Shown: positions 38,951 through 53,210, counted from the stretch's first letter. The stretch: 64,000 nucleotides of DNA from Eledone cirrhosa (GCA_964016885.1 OZ024743.1:259718001-259782000), one strand, 5' to 3'. The notes: generated from the sequence alone by a model not told the origin. Numbers and translations are program-made.

Positions 38951-41900
38951 CACCGATCTTCGGCGGCTACGATGTGTACGCATCTCCCAGCCGTCCGGGA
39001 TCGGGGGGTGGAGTTGCTGTGCTTTTTCGAAGAGGTTTGGATCTCGCCATACGGGCCATCTTCCTGGACACAGAAGGTAAGTTGGTGGTGCTGGACGTGA
39101 CCAGCGGAGACGGGCAAGCTTTCAGGCTAGTGGCCGTCTATGCCCCGACAGGAGCAGGGCAGCCTGATATCTTCCGGCGTCTGGAGATCTTTCTTGGAAC
39201 GTCCCGCTCTTTAATGTTAGTGGGAGACTGGAACGGGGTCTTAGATGCACGCTGGGACTGTGTGGAATTAGCGGATAGGGGGGGGTGCAAGAGTTCACCA
39301 ACCTGCTCAGGCGTTTTGAACTGTCTGACAGGTACCGATTGGATTTCCCGAATGTGCCAATTCAAGTTAGTCCACAAATTCGTGATCTGTGTGCTTGACT
39401 TAGATAGGCTTCATAGACGAGGACCCGGCTACTGGAAGCTAAACGCGTCCTTACCAGCGCGAAAGGCCTACAGAGACCGGATTAGCGAACTAGTTAAGCG
39501 GGCGTCATCGTCATTAAGGGGGCCATCGTCAACAAAACTGGTGGTTTGCTCTGAAAAGAGCGATTAGAATAGAGTCCATTAGGTTTAGTAAGGCTTTAGC
39601 AATGGAAAAAAATAGAGCAGAGGGAGAACTAGTTAGAAAATTAGACGAGGCGATTAGCAAAGGCATCGCGACCGGCGTACTTGCGGCGAAATTGGCCCTT
39701 GAATAATTCTTCAATGCAAAGCACGAAGGCTGCGTTGTCAGAGCTAGGGTGCGTGCTCTCAGACACGAGGGGACGAAAGCCGTTCAATGGGCCCGAGTGG
39801 CGGAGGCGCGTCGTGGCAACAAAGCCACGATCCCGTCTTTGGTGGACCACGACGGGCGCATGCTACTCGATCCCGGGCAAATGTGTGAAGCTTTCCAGCG
39901 ACACTTCGCACAGCTGTTCGGGGGCAGCGGCGGGCCGGATCGAGGGATGGACTTTAGTGTCTACCTCGACGGACTGCCGCGGCTCTCGGCCACTGAGCGG
40001 AGTGTTGCGAAAAGCCGATAACAGCAGATGAAGTACGGGAGGCAATGACTGGCTAAACAAGGGGTAAATCGCCTGGTTTGGATGGTCTGCCCTATGAACT
40101 TTACGTACAGATGCCAGACTTGTTCGGGGGCCTCTTGGCGGACGTCTACTGCAATTGGCAACACAACGGGAGAATTCCCAGCTCTGTGAGCCGAGGAGCG
40201 GTGGCGCTGCTGAGAAAGGATCCGAACAAGGGGCATAACATAGATAATTTCAGGCCCATAACTCTGCTAAACACAGAGTTCAAGATTTTGGCCAAGGTGC
40301 TAGCAAAGAGGTTGGCGCTTGTCGTTGGTGGTCTGGTGGGAGAGGCGCAGACATGCGCCATTCCCGACAGATCCATCCACGACAACCTCCACCTCATACG
40401 ATACATCGTAGGGAGGGTAGCTAGGGAACGTGACACGGGTGGGTCCTTGATCAATTTAGATCAGTCGAAAGCTTTCGATAGGGTCGACCATCGTTACCTA
40501 GCGGCAGTCCTGAGGGTGGCTGGCTTTGGGCCCGTCTTCAGAGGCTGGATCTCTGCCATGCACAGCGACATCTGCTCTGTGGTGAGAGTGAACGGTCACC
40601 TTTCGGAACCGTTCAACATAATGCGCTCGGTCCGCCAAGGATGTCCCCTCTCGTCCATCTTGTACGTATTGACTCTCGAGCCATTACTGCACAAACTGGA
40701 GACGTTGAGGGGGATCCCGCGCGAACTAGGATGCGGAAGATGCGTGTCAGCATATGTGGACGATGTCTCCGTAGTGGTGTCGAACGCGAAACACATCGAG
40801 GAGATCAGCACTACCCTAAGAGTATACGAAGCGCTGACAGGAGCAATGATCAACCAGGAAAAATCAGTGGGCCTGCAGCTCGGCACCTGGAGAGGCAGGG
40901 CCATGCCGTCCAACAGCGTCGTCGGGCGCTGGACGGACGGACCGGTTAAATTGCTAGGGGTCTGGTTCGGTCCGCACCTCCAGACGGACAAAAACTGGGA
41001 TGAGGTGACGAGCAGGTTGGCTTCTCTCACCCAGAAATGCGCGGAGAGGAGGCTATCCCTGAAAGGTCGAGCGGAGGTGGCTAACGCGTACATCGCGTCC
41101 GTCATCTACTACCGCCTGACCGTCGTACCTTGTCCTAATCCCCGCCTGACTGCACTGGAGCGTTTGCTCTTTTTCTTTTTGTGGAAGGGACGCGCTCCGA
41201 TGGTCAGGCGGTCCATCTGCTGTCAACACCCGTTACGTGGAGGGCTAGGCATGCCGTGGCTGATGATGCGCAGACACGCGCTCAGGCTACGACATCTCCA
41301 CCTCTTCCTCGACGGTGATCACGTGTGGTCGCCGTTTGCTAGACGCGTTTTTCCCCAGCTCGTCTCCTTGACGGAGCTGGAGTCCTGGGTCAAGCGAAGT
41401 CCGAGAGGGAGCGCCTGGAGACTGGAATGTTCAGGCGCTCACAGTCCTCGACCAATCGGGCAATGTGATCGGTGGAAACTCCACCTTGGCGTTCTATAGA
41501 GGATTAGTGGAGGGGAAGAGCGACGACGTACTTGGGGAAACTCTAGGCGTCGACGAAAATCAACTAGCCAATCTCTTCGGAAGAACTTTCGGCCGGGGCC
41601 TATGGACAACTTATAGAAATCCCTGGCCTGGCAGTGCTACCGGGGAGCTTTGCCAGTTCGAAATAAACTCTACAGGCATGGAGGTGCCGTCAGTCGGGCA
41701 TGTCCGAGGTGCGCGCAGGGCGACGAAACCGTCCTGCACGCACTCGTCCAGTGTCTGAGCATTGCTGACTTGTGGGTTTATGTCGAACACCTGCTGTCAC
41801 GTGTAGGACGGATCCAGCTATCATCTGAGTCCATCGTGAGGATTGCCCCGCCCTCTTCCTTTAGCCGGGAAGGGCAGGCAGTTTTTATCTGTCTGGTGGC

Positions 41901-42377
41901 CATGGCGAAAGAGATAGTATGGTGGACACGTTTGAAGGGGCTGAAGACGAGCACTTACCTCTTCAGTGATACCCTGATTAACTTTTTCAAATTTCATTTG
42001 AAAATGAAAATCAGGGTAGAGCGGGAAGTACTCTCTTCCCAGCATTTTGTTGAAAGATGAGTGAGAGAAGCAAGAATGGCCCTAGTGAATGGGCCTACTC
42101 TGAGTATGTGTCTGTAAATTAAAGGTGGAAAACTGGGAGAGGGGACTTGCTCTGGTGGTCAGGGTCACTGTGGCCTTTTAGTGGGCTTTCTCCACAAATG
42201 TCCCTCCGAAGTCTCCCCCTATTGGGGAATTTTTCATTGTTTATTTTTTGTTACATCCTCTGTTTTTGTTTTTTACACGCAGAAATGCCCATTTGTACCG
42301 TCCTGTATTGTCCTGTATTGTCCTTAATGTCTACTTTATGTAAACCCTTGTGGTTAATAAATAAAGTATTATTATTA
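38946..42377 (+). mobile_element. Tx1/L1-clade LINE copy C, 5'-truncated within the endonuclease, several frameshifts
   Basis: ORF2 remnants 38946-42116, 3' UTR, short TATTATTATTA tail. Confidence 0.94.
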
Positions 42378-42575
42378 GGGCGGTGAATTGGCAGTATCGG
42401 TAGAGAGTCGGACGCCATGCTTTCCAGCATAGTTGCGTCTCTTTACGATCTGAGTTCAAATTCCGCCGAGGTTAACTTTGCCTTTCATCCTTACGGGGTC
42501 GATAAAATAAAGTACCAGTAATGCACTGGGTATTTGCTGGCCTTGTGCCAAAAGTAGAAACAATTATTATTATTA
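42378..42575 (+). mobile_element. Full-length SINE directly after the Tx1 tail
   Basis: GGCGGTGAATTGGCAGTATCGG A-box-like, GAGTTCAAATTCC B-box-like, conserved core, (ATT)n tail. Confidence 0.88.
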
Positions 42576-43489
42576 GTAGTAGTAGTTGTTTTCGTTGCTG
42601 TTGTAGTTGCTTTTGTTGTTATCGTTGTAGTTTGCAGTGTTCGGCCCGTATCTCTGATCTCTGTGTTCAAATCTAATCTAGTACTGGATCGTTTCTTCCC
42701 CTCTTCCTCTTTCTCATACTCCCTCTATTACTCTCTCCTTTCCTTGAAAGAAATCGACTGTGTTCAGACATGGAGATGAGATATGCTCTGCTAAGTTTTT
42801 AAAATGTCTAAGAAATGCCTTATGCCACTATGGCGTCCTTACGATTCCAGCAGGAGTTATGGGTTCGTACATATTATCCAACACAACCAGCTTTAGTGAG
42901 AAGAATATCTATAATACTTATAATACAGTTGAAATATGCTGTTAATGCGCTATATACACTAATATTGTATCAGGAAATTCCGGCCAGTTTCAACACAACT
43001 GTGTTATTCATATAAACTTTTGTCTTAGAAAATCATAAACGCAAATATTCTATGACACTTTTAGCATACACTTTTAGCATGATAGTACACAATTAACATT
43101 ACATCATTATCCAGTATAGCAGTACCAAATAACTTTAATATTATACAGAATCGAGCTGAAAAGCTAAGGATTGCATTGACTTAGCTATTGAATTAAAGAC
43201 ATTGTGGAAGTTGTGAAACGTGTCTATTATCCAAATTTGTAATTGGTACAAGTTTAGTGATACGCATTCATTTCAATAATGATATCAACAACTTAGCCAT
43301 TCGATTAAACATTGGCACGTTCCAGAAAATAGCAATGCTAGCGCCTCTAAGTGTTGTCAAAGCATTCTCACAAAGGATTTATTAAACTTGAATGTTTGTA
43401 TATTTCCCAAGCTATACATGATTCTTTTTTATGTAAGCAAACAGAATTCTTGATGCATATTTCTCAATCTACTATTGATAATAATCGTT

Positions 43490-44050
43490 TATATTTTAAA
43501 AACAAGGCCAGCAACTTTTAGAGTAGGCGAAAATCAATTATATTGACCACCCCTAGTATTGACTGGCACTTTATTTAATCAGTTACGGAAAAATGAAAGG
43601 CAAAATTGACCTTCGCAGAATTTAAACGAATACCGTAAAGCATCTAGTCCGCCGCTCGAACGATTCTGCCTTATAATTGTTTCTACTTTTGGCACAAGGC
43701 CAGCAATTTTTAAGGAAGGGAGAGGAAAGTCGATTATTTAATCAACCCAGTATTTGATTAGTACTTTATCTTCTCCATTTCCTGAAGAATGAAAGGTGCA
43801 GTTGACATTGATAAGATTTGAACTGAGAATATAAACGCATACATGCAAGCGCAATGCATTACTGGTACTTATAATGGTTTCTAATTTAGGTACAAGGCCA
43901 GCCATTTTGAAGGAAGGGAGAGGAAAGTCGATTATTTAATCAACCCAGTATTTGATTAGTACTTTATCTTCTCCATTTCCCGAAGAATGAAAGGTGCAGT
44001 TGACATTGATAAGATTTGAACTGAGAATATAAACGCATACATGCAAGCGC
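43490..44050 (-). mobile_element. Three older SINE copies; the last two form a local tandem duplication (43693-43851 / 43872-44050)
   Basis: Degenerate ACAAGGCCAGC..GAATGAAAGG..GATTTGAACT; the pair is near-identical. Confidence 0.7.
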
Positions 44051-46047
44051 TGCAACCACAAGACCAACAAAGTACCATTTCAACTAAATGGAATCAATAT
44101 GTGTGTTTTCTCCTGTGTACATTGATTTGAATTCTCTTAACATACTGTTATATTTCCAACTGATGATATATAAACTGATTGTTTTGATTTTCTATATTGG
44201 CATATTTATTCTTGATGTAGACCATCAGATGAATTAGTATAGTGTTATTGAATACTTGACAAACTGTGTCAATAGCGACTTAATGGTTTTGTGAAACGAA
44301 AAAATATCCTCCACTTTATATTGCTAAAGTAGTTTGATTTCTCGTTGAAGATATTACATATTCGTATGTATCAGCGAAATGTCAGTAAACGCATGATTAT
44401 GTACTATAAATCAACTGTTACTAAATGAATAAAAGAGTAGCGATTGATCCGTTTGATTTGTAAGCATTTCCCTCAACAAGGAATACACTAAATAGTTTAG
44501 ACAGAATATCTTTTCACAATAATAATCCAGATTCATAATGGATATTTCGGGATATATCTTGTAGTAAAATATTTGAATTATTTTTAATGCAGCTGTTAGG
44601 AGAAGGATTTCCCGTAAAAAAAAGTCATAATAAAGATTCCTTTGAAAGGAGAAATTACATTTTCCTCTGTTCGCGCGGAGGAAATGAAATGCAATATTTT
44701 CCTTTGGGAATCGAAACATGCTTTATAAATTTGTTTCACCGTAATAATATATTGTTACAAAATTATGCCATTTCAATTTGCTGAATTAAAACAAGATTTG
44801 AGAAAAAACTATTATTTAGTGTAATTAGATTCATATTTCCGTGCTTGAAGAGTTCGTGCTACTTATTGCCATAGTTTTTTCGAAAAATGATGGGCATATA
44901 TCCAAGTTGGTAGTCTCCTCGTGAATTGTGTGGTATACAATATGGGGGATACTTGACTTATATTCTTTCATTAATCTATATATGTTAGCACCAGGGGTCG
45001 ATTTAATCGACTTTTCCCTTCCCTTCAAATTGCTGGCCTTGTGCCAAATGTAGAAACAATTAATCTATATATGTATGTACTACAATATAGTCTAGTACTT
45101 AGTTTTTAAAATCAGTCATTTGTATACTTATATATATATTATACGTTCTGCTTCCATATTTATTGAAGCATGTGTTTAATAACGAGGAATACAAAGAAAA
45201 GAAAATATATGAGTAATTTTAACTACAAGTAATATGAAATTGAAAGTACGAAGTAAATAAAACGTCTAACAACTGCAATAGAGATTTATGACAAATTTCC
45301 TATAACATCAATGTTTCATTACCTGATTTATACGTATTTGATAAACATTATCAAATATTATATGTTGAATATTTCAGCATCAGTTGATTAAGCTATCGAA
45401 AAAGGAAGAAAGAAAAAAAGAAAAAAGAAATTAAATATCGAAAGAAAGGTAAAGTGGAAGGGAGCGAGAGACTATACAGTCTGCAGAATCTTTCAGCTGC
45501 ATCCTGCGGACAAAATGGTGAAGGCATTGCCGTGGTGAATGACTAGTGACACCCACCTCAACAGCCATCACACATCACAAGGCTCCTTCCACAGGCGGGC
45601 TGCTGTCTTTCTGATTTTGCTGAGGAAATCAGTAATGCGTGGACCGAGGACAACTCACGTCTCAACGGCGACCGGCACAAAAGGAAGCAGTCAGTCAAGC
45701 ACCGAGTTTCAAAATGATATCGTGACTTCCCCTTCCCCACTTACTACCAAATACTTCACTGACATTTGTCATTCTTAGAAGTTAATATATAGTTGTATTC
45801 AGTTATATCTAAATTAGGTTTTGTGCTCAAATCTTGTCGAGGGTGATTTTGTTTAAGTTCTTCTTGTCGTTTTATCTTACTAGATGACTTTGATGGCCAT
45901 CTACTGTACCAGTAAGTTATGAAACATATCGTTATTGTTGGTTGATCCTAACTTGAGAAATATTCTTCTCCACGAAAGTAGGTACGTATTTGAAGGATGT
46001 ATTGCAGGCAAAGTATACGCCTAATGTTTTAACTAATTAACTAACGT

Positions 46048-46238
46048 TGGTGGATTGGCAGTATCGGTAGAGGGTTGGGCGCCATGCTTTGACGCATAGA
46101 GTTACGGCCCTTGCCATTCTGAGTTCAAATCCCGCCGAGGTTAACTTTGCCTTTCATCCTTACGGGGTCGATAAAATAAAGTACCAGTAATACACTGGGT
46201 AATTGCTGGCCTTGTGCCAAAAGTAGAAACAATTATTA
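46048..46238 (+). mobile_element. Full-length SINE
   Basis: Same head, core and tail as 42378-42575. Confidence 0.88.
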
Positions 46239-47721
46239 ACTGAATTGTACCTACTTCTGGGTAGGATGGATAACTATAGGACAGTTGTTCATAGGAATAT
46301 TTAAACTCGCAGAATATGGTATTTAAATAAGGAGTCCCGTCTGTCTCCTGGTGAGCATTCATTGTCTTTCTCATTAAACTCACGTAGAAGAAGCTGAGTA
46401 TTCCAAAGATTTCTTCAATCAGAATCAGCGTGACACAACTTGACAAAACTAATCCTTTCAATTACAATTATAATCTATCCCACGAGCTTCCATGCTGTAT
46501 TCAGTTACCCTATTCCTCTCACAGGTTTGGGCTAAGTCGAGATTATGGTTGAAGACACGCTCAAACTCCTACACAGTGGGATCGAAACTGCACCTCATTA
46601 TTGAGAAGCTAAGCTCTTAACATCTATGCCATATCTAGATCCGTTCATGCGAATAACAAAATATTCGTCATTCATTACCTATGGCAATGTTAAGACTACT
46701 GGTGGACTGAGTCAACATACACAACATTTCTAAAGGAAATATTTATCAAAGAAATTAGTGTAAGAATCATATTCATATGAAGGCCACTGACCGATCTATT
46801 CAATATTTCTTCATTTTATGGGAACAAAACACGTACCATATCTTATTTTTATTAGACAAAGATACTATATTCTATCTAGCCCAGAAGAATGAAAGGTCGA
46901 GTTGACCAAGAGAGTATTTCCGCAAACCATTGTTATTTAATGCGCTAACGATCGTGCCAACCCATCGCTCTTAACAAGTGCTGTAACATCAGTGGTAAAA
47001 CTATTTCAGTAACTGCAAAAGAAATATCAAAGCAGGATTTGATTGACAGATACCCTAACCATCATAGATATCCATCGTCGGATTAAGTGATACAAATGTT
47101 ACGACAGCATAATGTTGGTATGTAATAGATATATAAGTATATTGAGATGGGTCTAGTCATTGCCGGCATAACATAATAGTGTAGTTTTGATGGTGTTCGT
47201 GTGAATGCAAGACAGTAGTGATGATAGTAGTGATTGTAAGCGATAATGTGATTTTGATGGTGTTGGTGTGAATATAAGGAAGTAGTGATGATGGTGGTGG
47301 TTATAAGTGATAAATCAAACTGTAATCGTTGGTGGCTAGCCAACGCTGATATATGGACAACAAACAGTTATTTGTATTAGACTTATATTTTTCAAATGCT
47401 GGCATCTTCTATTTTCAGTAGGACTTCTAATATGATAGACACTTCCCCAGTTATATATAGACTATATAGATATGAGTAGGTGGATATGTGTGCTTACGAA
47501 GAGTAAATTATGTGTGTATATATTCTTCTTCTTATATATTATATAAATATATATATGTGTGTGTGTGTGTGTACATATATATATATGAGGGAAGTGGTGT
47601 CAAACTTCCTCATTCATCAATGGCCAAACAAGTAAGGATGTTTATAGAAAGTCTAGCATCAATAGCGGTGTCAGAGCATGACCTCAGCCCAAGGGCTGGA
47701 ACAAATGAAGGAGTAAATATA

Positions 47722-48030
47722 TAGCGTGGCTTCCTAGTTAGGGTGTTCGGCTCACGATTGTCAGGTCACCAGTTCGTTTTTCGTCGGTGATTTGAGTCCT
47801 TGACCATAAGAGTTTATTTCAACATACTCCATCTACGTGGTTGGTAAAAATGAGATGTGCCAGCAATTCAAAGCGCCAGACTTGTCACACACTGTGTGTT
47901 ACGTTATATCGGATCTCTCTGATAACTGTGTTAAGGTTACACGTGTCTGTTGAATGCGAAGCCACTTACTAATTAATTTCATGAGGAGGCCGCTCCGTTT
48001 TTCCAACAACAGAAATCCTGGTTGTGGAAG
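47722..48030 (+). mobile_element. Second, older tRNA-derived SINE family (related remnant ~49115-49350)
   Basis: CGTGGCT..GTTAGGGTGTTCGGCTCACGATTGT..GTTCG head; CTTGTCACAC..CTGTG..ACGTT body shared with the 49.1-kb copy. Confidence 0.55.
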
Positions 48031-48299
48031 GAATCTGACACACGCATATCAATAACCAAGTTATACGGAATTTCAATCTCTCCAAAAATGACTTTGTTAT
48101 TCATATGTCAGGGATGGCAATCATAAACTGTTTACAAGTTTCCATATCGTTTGTCCTTGTTTTGCAGTAAAATTCAGCTTGTTTAAAAGGATATGTAAGA
48201 AAACATGTAAAGCACGCAAAATTTACTTAGATAATTAGGTAGATGTTTTTAGACATATTAATTATGTGTTGACATCAATGTTATCTATATATTCAAGTA

Positions 48300-48800
48300 T
48301 ACCTACACACACGCACTAATACTCGCGTACAGACACACACAGACACGCTCACAAACACACAGACGTACACACAAGCACCGACACACAGAGACACATACAG
48401 ACACACACACAAACACACTTACAAACACACAGACGTACACACACGCACTGACACACAGAGACACATACAGAGACACACGCACGCATACATACACACACAT
48501 ACATACTCACAAACACACAGATGTACACACAAGCACCGACACACAGAGACACATACAGACACACACACAAACACACTTACAAACACACAGACGTACACAC
48601 GCACTGACACACAGAGACACATACAGAGACACACGCACGCATACATACACACACATACATACTCACAAACACACAGATGTACACACAAGCACCGACACAC
48701 AGAGACACATACAGACACACGCATGCATACACATACACACACACTCACAAACTCGTACAGAGACAAACAGACAGATGTACACACAGACGCACACATACAC
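48300..48800. repeat. CA-rich compound minisatellite, ~157-bp period, about 2.5-3 units
   Basis: CTCACAAACACACAGA(C/T)GTACACACAAGCACCGAC recurs at ~48348, ~48506, ~48662. Confidence 0.85.
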
Positions 48801-49507
48801 ATACACCCTCCTCCACACGGTCACATTCACACATATTTATGCACATATGTATAGCTACGTGTATGCATGCACATGCATGCAGTTTTGTTGTAAAAAAAAC
48901 CTTCCTCTTTCCTTAAATATTTTTCATGAGAATTCGCCACGTTTCCTTTATAGTTATTATACTGAGTCTTTGTTTCGATGTATACGTCTGTATACGTACA
49001 CGTATATGCATTTACGTGTGTTTGTTCATGTCCATGTGTTGTATGTGTGTTGTATATTTATATCTGCATTCTTGTTTTCTATTTTCTTTCGCTCTATAAG
49101 TGTTGGCACGAAGCATAATGGTTATGGATTTCGACTCACGATTGTAAAGCCGTGTGTTCAATTCCTTGCAGCACGTTTTGGCCTTCCTTCGTTGACCGAG
49201 AGATTATATTTCACATTGCCCCCTCCCATTCAGCTGGCAACAATGTGTTATACGTCTAAATTCAATGGAACTAGCCTTATCACAGACTGTGTCACGTTGA
49301 ATGTCATCAAGAACTTCGTTAAATGTACTCGTGAGGGTACAATGCTAAACCACATGTTTATAATCACGTGCCACCGGAACAGACGGAAGTCTAACACTAT
49401 ATAATTATCTATATATCGTGTATAGTGTATTTGTGGTAGGCGTGAAGTAAGTTTTATTTATACATACATTTATTGTTGACATATATGTTATCTATACTAC
49501 ATACATG

Positions 49508-49552
<45 letters not shown>

Positions 49553-49705
49553 TAAATTTGTATTCCAATGTTACTAAGTAGTTGCATTGGATGTAGTCAA
49601 CCGACGTCAGAGATTGCTCAACGTATAATAAAGTGTGTTTTAAAATCCGGAGTAAATATGGAGAAGAAGTTTACGAAATGGAAATGCGGGTATACAGAAT
49701 TTATT

Positions 49706-49822
49706 AGGTAACAATTGTTTCTATAGTGTATGGGTTACCTATACCTCGCTATTTGAATAATATAAAAATATTATCATAAACCGAAGGTACACTGTAAGCA
49801 AACACACCATGTCGTCAGACCT
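49706..49822 (-). ncRNA. Hammerhead with extended stem II in the 3' pLTR
   Basis: AGGT-CTGACGA-CATGGTGTGT..(~75 nt)..ATACACTATA-GAAA-CAATTG-TT-ACCT. Confidence 0.65.
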
Positions 49823-50160
49823 TTGTATTGGAATGATATGAAAATATTTTATACACTAGATAAAAGATAAAGAAGGAGGTAGGAAGAGAAGGGGAAGAGG
49901 GAAGTGAGTAAGGTGGAGGGAGTCTTAGGATTTAAGACTGTCAGACTAGTAGAGATTGTGAGGAGAGAATGTTTTGGCAGCAGTTAGCTTAATGAGGCGT
50001 GTTAGGGTTGGCGGGGAAGTAAATTCTTCTAGTGGTGTTGTTCGGACAAAATTAAGTTAAAGGGGTCAAAGTGGTACAGTGTCACAGACAAGTTATTAGG
50101 GCTATTATAGTAGCAGGTTATTTCTAAAGGGGTCCAGAAAAACAGTGTTTAGTACTATTA

Positions 50161-52513
50161 TTATAGAAAGCCACATCTTGTGTATAAACATATAAAACAG
50201 AAATTTGCAAACGGTGGTGTAAAAAGGTAACATAATATGCATTTAAAAAAAGAAAAAGTCTTTTTCAAACGATGGTTACAGTATAGAGAACGTTCAATTT
50301 TGCTGTTCAAAAGTTTGTTTACCGACGTTAAAATGCAGTATATCTCTAAATTGCATAACTTGCAGAATCGATGATTTTGCTGATATGCAGGCGCAGCTGC
50401 AATAATTTGCCAATCAAGGGAGAACGCTTGATTGTTCCTCCGAAGCTGCCAGGCTTTATCGGCGAGGGTTGTTACGGAGCGCATTTTCTCGTGCCTGATC
50501 GAAGATCGATGTTGGTATAGGCGAGCCCTGAAAGAAGTTGCGGTACATCCGACGTAATACCATTTGTTGTTTCCGGAATTTATTGTACATCGGTAGACAA
50601 TATTGCGTGCTAGGCACTTGTTATTCAGTGGGCACGTACCTGGTTTGGTGCAGTTACAATTATTTTTATGTTTTGCAGTAGAATCCTGTATAGTTTGGTG
50701 GGGTTGTGGTTGCGTGTTAGTGCGTTGTATGTTGCTATGCTGGTGCGCTGAGTCATTAGGGATGTACTTATTCAGTATTGCTGAGTTGAGTTTTTTAATT
50801 AGTTGTTCTATGTTAGGTGCAGTGGAGTATGAGAGTCTAATGGTGCGCGAGTTAAAGATTTTATAGTATTTATGTGAAGTTGTAAAGTGTTTATTGATTA
50901 GTGTATAGAATTGTGAGATAATCTTAGTGTTAATAGAAGAATTGTACACGGGGTTATACCATATGTACTCTCTACGTCTGACTCTATTTGCTGGTTTGCA
51001 CCTATTAGTATGCCTATTGATGTGTGTGTGTGGTGCAATACTAGTTCGACTTAGATGTGTTTTATTCATAGTACTTATGTGGTTATCGTCTAGATATTCT
51101 ATTTTCTCGCAGTAACCAGCTTTTCTAAGTGCGTCATTATAATATTCAGCATGCTCGTTGAAGGTCTGCAAATTAGACGACAGTCGGGAGATCGTTATGG
51201 ATATATTTTTAGGGATAGATTTAATAATGGAATGAGGGTGGTTCGATTTAACATTAACGTACTTGATATTTTCATTAAGTTTGTGAAATGGCTCTATACT
51301 ACCGTTATTAAGGTTGAAGGTGACATCCAAGAAGTTGACCACCTTAAGATTGTGCTCGAAGGTAATATTAAGCCCTAGTTCTAAGAAAAGTTTCCTAATG
51401 TTTTTACGTCGCCTTTCTAGGTTTTGTTTGTTCATATTCTTGACTAATAGAAGTGTATCGTCGCGGTATATTCCGCCGTGGTGGTCTGTAAATTCGCTCT
51501 GGGGTCTATGGGCTATATAGATCCCAACCAGATCCGTGACCTCCGCCGAATCATTAGAACCCATCGTAATGTCGAATTCCGAGGGTCTATCTCTGCGGAC
51601 CCAATAACTATTTTCAAAGTGCACTACTGTGCGTCTAGCTTCAAGTATAATATTAATTTCCTCGTTTGTGAGGTCCGAGTAAGTCTTAGCGAAAGAGAGG
51701 GCCTTATGCAGGGTTTCGGGTGAAATAGAGGAATAGTATTCATCTATATCGAATTGAATAAAAGAAGATTTGTTTTTGTCCCTAATGTTATTGAACCATC
51801 TTATTGCCTGATGAGTATTACCCCATAATTTAATATCTACCTTAGCCTTAACTTGGGGGATAATACGATCTAATATGAACTTACTAATTCTACCTATATC
51901 GGACTTTGAAGGACATATTAATCTAATTTTAGGGTTAGTATCGAAGTTATCCTTATGGTCCTTCAGATTAAAAGTCGGTGTAGCTGGAGATAGGGGTACC
52001 GCTCTGTCGTCAATTTTCAGTTTCCTAACAATATCACATGCTGCGTTATTAATGTTGGTTAGTGTAGTTGCGTTTTTTTTTGTACTTCCTATGTAATTCC
52101 TTACGTATAAAATTATTATATGTTTCTACATCCAGGGTGTATAGATTCGATGTTTTGTCTGCCTTTATGATAATTCCTTTGGTATTCCTTAGGTTGTCGA
52201 ATAGAGTTTTAATATCTCGTTGCAGTTCGTTTTTCCTTCCGTTTGTAAATTTGATTCCTATTATCATTTTCATTAAGTCCTGTTCGAAAGAATCCAAAAG
52301 AGGGTTAGAGGGTGGGTTTTTGTAGGATTTGAAACCAAACTTATCGTTGTTGGTGTCGGAATTTTGTGTAATCCTTTTCTTATCGAAGTGGAAGGCCCTC
52401 CATCTAATCCGCCGAATAAATTCGTTGGTCCTTTGTATCATACCAAGAATGTATTCTTTTTTACCCTGAATGGGTATCTTTTTTAAGGACATACCACAAT
52501 GATGTTTTTCCAT
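50161..52513 (-). CDS. PLE RT + C-terminal GIY-YIG protein, one frameshift in an A9 run at 52073-52081
   Basis: KADKTSNLY, LKDHKDNF..RLICPSKSDIGRISK, FDIDEYYSSI, TMGSNDSAEV, IYRDD, FLDV, CNC..CPL..CL, NIVY..YVGCT..FRARLYQH, CKLCNLE. Confidence 0.9.
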
Positions 52514-53093
52514 TTCAGAGACGTAGGTTGATAGGTTGCTCGACTGTAAAGGAGTGTGAAGAATTAGTAAATTTGTATTCCAATGTTACTAAGTAGTTGC
52601 ATTGGATGTAGTCAACCGACGTCAGAGATTACTCAACGTATAATAAAGTGTGTTTTAAAATTCGGAGAAAATATGGAGAAGAAGTTTACGAAATGGAAAT
52701 GCGGGTATACAGAATTTATTAGGTAACAATTGTTTCTATAGTGTATGGGTTACCTATACCTCGCTATTTGAATAATATAAAAATATTATCATAAACCGAA
52801 GGTACACTGTAAGCAAACACACACTTGTCTGTGACACTGTACCACTTTGACCCCTTTAACTTAATTTTGTCCGAACAACACCACTAGAAGAATTTACTTC
52901 CCCGCCAACCCTAACACGCCTCATTAAGCTAACTGCTGCCAAAACATTCTCTCCTCACAATCTCTACTAGTCTGACAGTCTTAAATCCTAAGACTCCCTC
53001 CACCTTACTCACTTCCCTCTTCCCCTTCTCTTCCTACCTCCTTCTTTATCTTTTATCTAGTGTATAAAATATTTTCATATCATTCCAATACAA

Positions 53094-53210
53094 AGGTCTG
53101 ACGACATGGTGTGTTTGCTTACAGTGTACCTTCGGTTTATGATAATATTTTTATATTATTCAAATAGCGAGGTATAGGTAACCCATACACTATAGAAACA
53201 ATTGTTACCT
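53094..53210 (+). ncRNA. Same hammerhead in the inverted 5' pLTR
   Basis: Reverse complement of 49706-49822. Confidence 0.65.

Noticed and set aside
42378-42470. tRNA gene
   Set aside because: A/B-box-like motifs belong to a SINE head; no cloverleaf
46141-46461. 106-aa minus-strand ORF with a hydrophobic N-terminus
   Set aside because: C-terminal third is SINE antisense; no recognisable domain or usable splice structure
48300-48800. Regularly spaced repeats, CRISPR-like at first glance
   Set aside because: No unique spacers and no cas genes; eukaryotic CA minisatellite
50161-52513. Selenocysteine-encoding Naiad
   Set aside because: No in-frame TGA in the reconstructed ORF; the only break is a homopolymer frameshift
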